A stretch of DNA of 64,000 nucleotides from Marsupella aquatica (Eukaryota > Plantae > Marchantiophyta), in the NCBI GenBank assembly GCA_973895155.1, contig OZ316891.1, positions 24,055,899 through 24,119,898 of the forward strand, written 5' to 3'. Each line of letters begins with the position of its first letter. Positions within the stretch are counted from its first letter, which is position 1. The notes beneath the pieces are model-generated. The model worked only from the letters and a program-made list of their open reading frames with translations, was not told where the DNA came from and searched no databases. A program made the position numbers and the translations under genes. Below are positions 61,982-64,000 of the stretch, piece by piece.

Positions 61982-64000
61982 TGTTACAAGCTACACTTAC
62001 ATTATAATACATGTTTAAATGATGATATTGTTGTAATGTATGGATAATCCTTAAAGGAGACCTTAAAGAATATGATTAGAGAATCCAAAGGGTATGCTTA
62101 GGAATAACTACCCTAACCATATTGTATAGAAGAGACTCCTCCATTTTGAGTCATCTTCTACTTATTCGATTGATCAAAGAAGGATGATCATAATTTCATA
62201 GTATTTTTGAGTTATAACACGTTATCAGCACCTTCGCCTCCATTCCTGAGCAAATGCAAACTCCCTTCTCGATTGTGGGAGTATAATTTTTTCATGGGGA
62301 TTTTGATTTCAACACGATCCTAATATCAGAGAGACACGGAGACAGTAGTTGACATTTTTTTTGCCAAATTCTTGACTAAAACGCGCAAGGATCAACGACA
62401 ATGCCGCAATACAGCCACAAAGCTCGAAGAAAGATACAGAGCATACAGTACTTCCAAGTATTCCACACAATTTACTGCCATGGAAAAATTACAATTCCCT
62501 GTCCTCAAAATCGACGGGTCTAACTACCTCTCTTGGTCACAGAATGCCGAAATTGTGCTAAATGCTAAGGGAATTGGAGACACAATTCTCGCTGATCACC
62601 ATGGCAATCTACAGACAAAAGCTCAAGCAATATTTATCCTCCGGCACCATTTGGACTCCGATCTACAAACTCAGTACCTGGACGAATATAACCCTCGAGC
62701 TCTATGGGACGCATTAAACAGACGCTATGACCATTTAAGATTGATCTCTCTCCTATCTGCACGCAATGATTGGATACATTTACGTGTACTTGACCATCCG
62801 ACTATTGCTAGTTATAATAGTGCGTTATTCCGCATCACCTCTCAATTGAAGGTATGCGGACACCCAATATCTGAATCCGATCAAATAGAGAAAACGTTGT
62901 CTACTTTCCCTGCAGCAAGCATGACACTATCTCAGCAATATAGACAAATGCACTTCACCGAGTACGCTGATCTAATCGCAGTCATGCTACTGGCGGAAAA
63001 GAATGATTTATTACTCATCAGCAACACAAAGTTGAGACCACCAGGCACAATCCCTAGAGCAGAGTCTCAATACATGGCTACGCCTTCGCAGGCGCAACAC
63101 AAATACAAGGGCAAGAGCCGGTTTACTGGAAACCAGGGTAATCGACTACAAAGATTCAGAAACACCCAATTTACAAAACGACGCCAAAATAATTATACGA
63201 GGCCTTCATACCAACCTCGTAAGAATTCGTGGACTCGAGCCTCCCGGACTTCCACTACTAAATGTTTTCGATGTGGAGGCACAGGCCACATTGAAAGAGA
63301 CTGTCGGGTACAAAACCATCTGGTCAAATTATACCAAGCAAGCCTAGCAACAGCAAATACCACGATGGTCAATAACTACTTGGAAATTGATGAAGATCTT
63401 TCCAAATATACGAATATCACACCATTAATAGAGGCCAACCTGGTCATAGATACACACTCTGAACCTTCTCTCACAGACTATAATATGTGCATACTGGATA
63501 GCGGCACATCTCATACCATATTGAAGGACAAACGATATTTCCAACAGATATTTCCCTCCAGCCGCCCAATCACCACTATCACAGGCATCAATGCATTAGA
63601 AGAAGGCCACGGCCCTGCAAAGTTACTCCTCCCTAACAACACTATAATCGAAATAAAATCTGCTATTTATGCCCCAGGGGCCACAAGAAACCTATTAAGT
63701 TTTCATGTTATCAGGAAAAATGGCTACCATATTCGATCTGCACCAGGCAATGAAGATAACTCCTTACATATCTTCATAGAAGACGGAAATAACTCCCGCA
63801 TCCATGAGATTCTACCTTATCACCCACCTGGACTATATGCTGCACCAATACAGAGTTTCCAAACAAATATTCTAAACACAACAATCACAGAGTTGTGGCA
63901 TTGTCGCCTGGGCCACCCAGGCACCTCAATGTATCAACGCATCCTACAGGATACCAGAGGTATTCCTCCAACAGTCCGCCCAAATTCCATGAAATCGCCC
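61982..64000 (+). mobile_element. 5' part of a third Bianca-like Ty1/copia element (runs off window)
   Basis: TGTTAC...ATAACA putative LTR 61982-62219, PBS CGTTATCAGCAC at 62220, then gag homologous to 8594+. Confidence 0.88.
62480..64000 (+). CDS. copia gag-pol, N-terminal part, apparently open to window end
   Basis: MEKLQFPVLKIDGSNYLSW, CFRCGGTGHIERDC, ILDSGTSH, LWHCRLGHPG. Confidence 0.85.
   Translation, partial: MEKLQFPVLKIDGSNYLSWSQNAEIVLNAKGIGDTILADHHGNLQTKAQAIFILRHHLDSDLQTQYLDEYNPRALWDALNRRYDHLRLISLLSARNDWIHLRVLDHPTIASYNSALFRITSQLKVCGHPISESDQIEKTLSTFPAASMTLSQQYRQMHFTEYADLIAVMLLAEKNDLLLISNTKLRPPGTIPRAESQYMATPSQAQHKYKGKSRFTGNQGNRLQRFRNTQFTKRRQNNYTRPSYQPRKNSWTRASRTSTTKCFRCGGTGHIERDCRVQNHLVKLYQASLATANTTMVNNYLEIDEDLSKYTNITPLIEANLVIDTHSEPSLTDYNMCILDSGTSHTILKDKRYFQQIFPSSRPITTITGINALEEGHGPAKLLLPNNTIIEIKSAIYAPGATRNLLSFHVIRKNGYHIRSAPGNEDNSLHIFIEDGNNSRIHEILPYHPPGLYAAPIQSFQTNILNTTITELWHCRLGHPGTSMYQRILQDTRGIPPTVRPNSMKSP

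Overview
This is TE-dense eukaryotic DNA from a land plant (a non-seed plant such as a liverwort is my inference). It holds one intact host gene, a 9-exon CYP85-clan, CYP707-like cytochrome P450 (57595-61783, +). The main result is two related but distinct cut-and-paste DNA transposons, both starting AACAC, with 24-31 bp TIRs and 4-bp TSDs. Element A spans 7369-45023 (TSD CTAT, about 9.3 kb once four nested retroelement insertions are removed); element B spans 45728-55895 (TSD TCTA, about 10.2 kb). Each encodes a DGMDQ/QLDNxxRENKN/GHTHDQID (Sola1-like) transposase and an intron-containing ParB-like + beta-class N6/N4 DNA methyltransferase fusion gene, arranged head-to-head in A and tail-to-tail in B. 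Each also carries its own dispersed palindrome (TCATGA-NN-TCATGA in A, GATAC-NN-GTATC in B), reminiscent of parS sites. All four genes are degraded in these copies. The rest is three Bianca-like Ty1/copia elements, one full Ty3/gypsy element, several 3-4.6 kb solo or nested gypsy LTRs (most carrying a long ORF inside the LTR), one MITE and tandem repeats. Family names come from motif recognition only; no searches were run.
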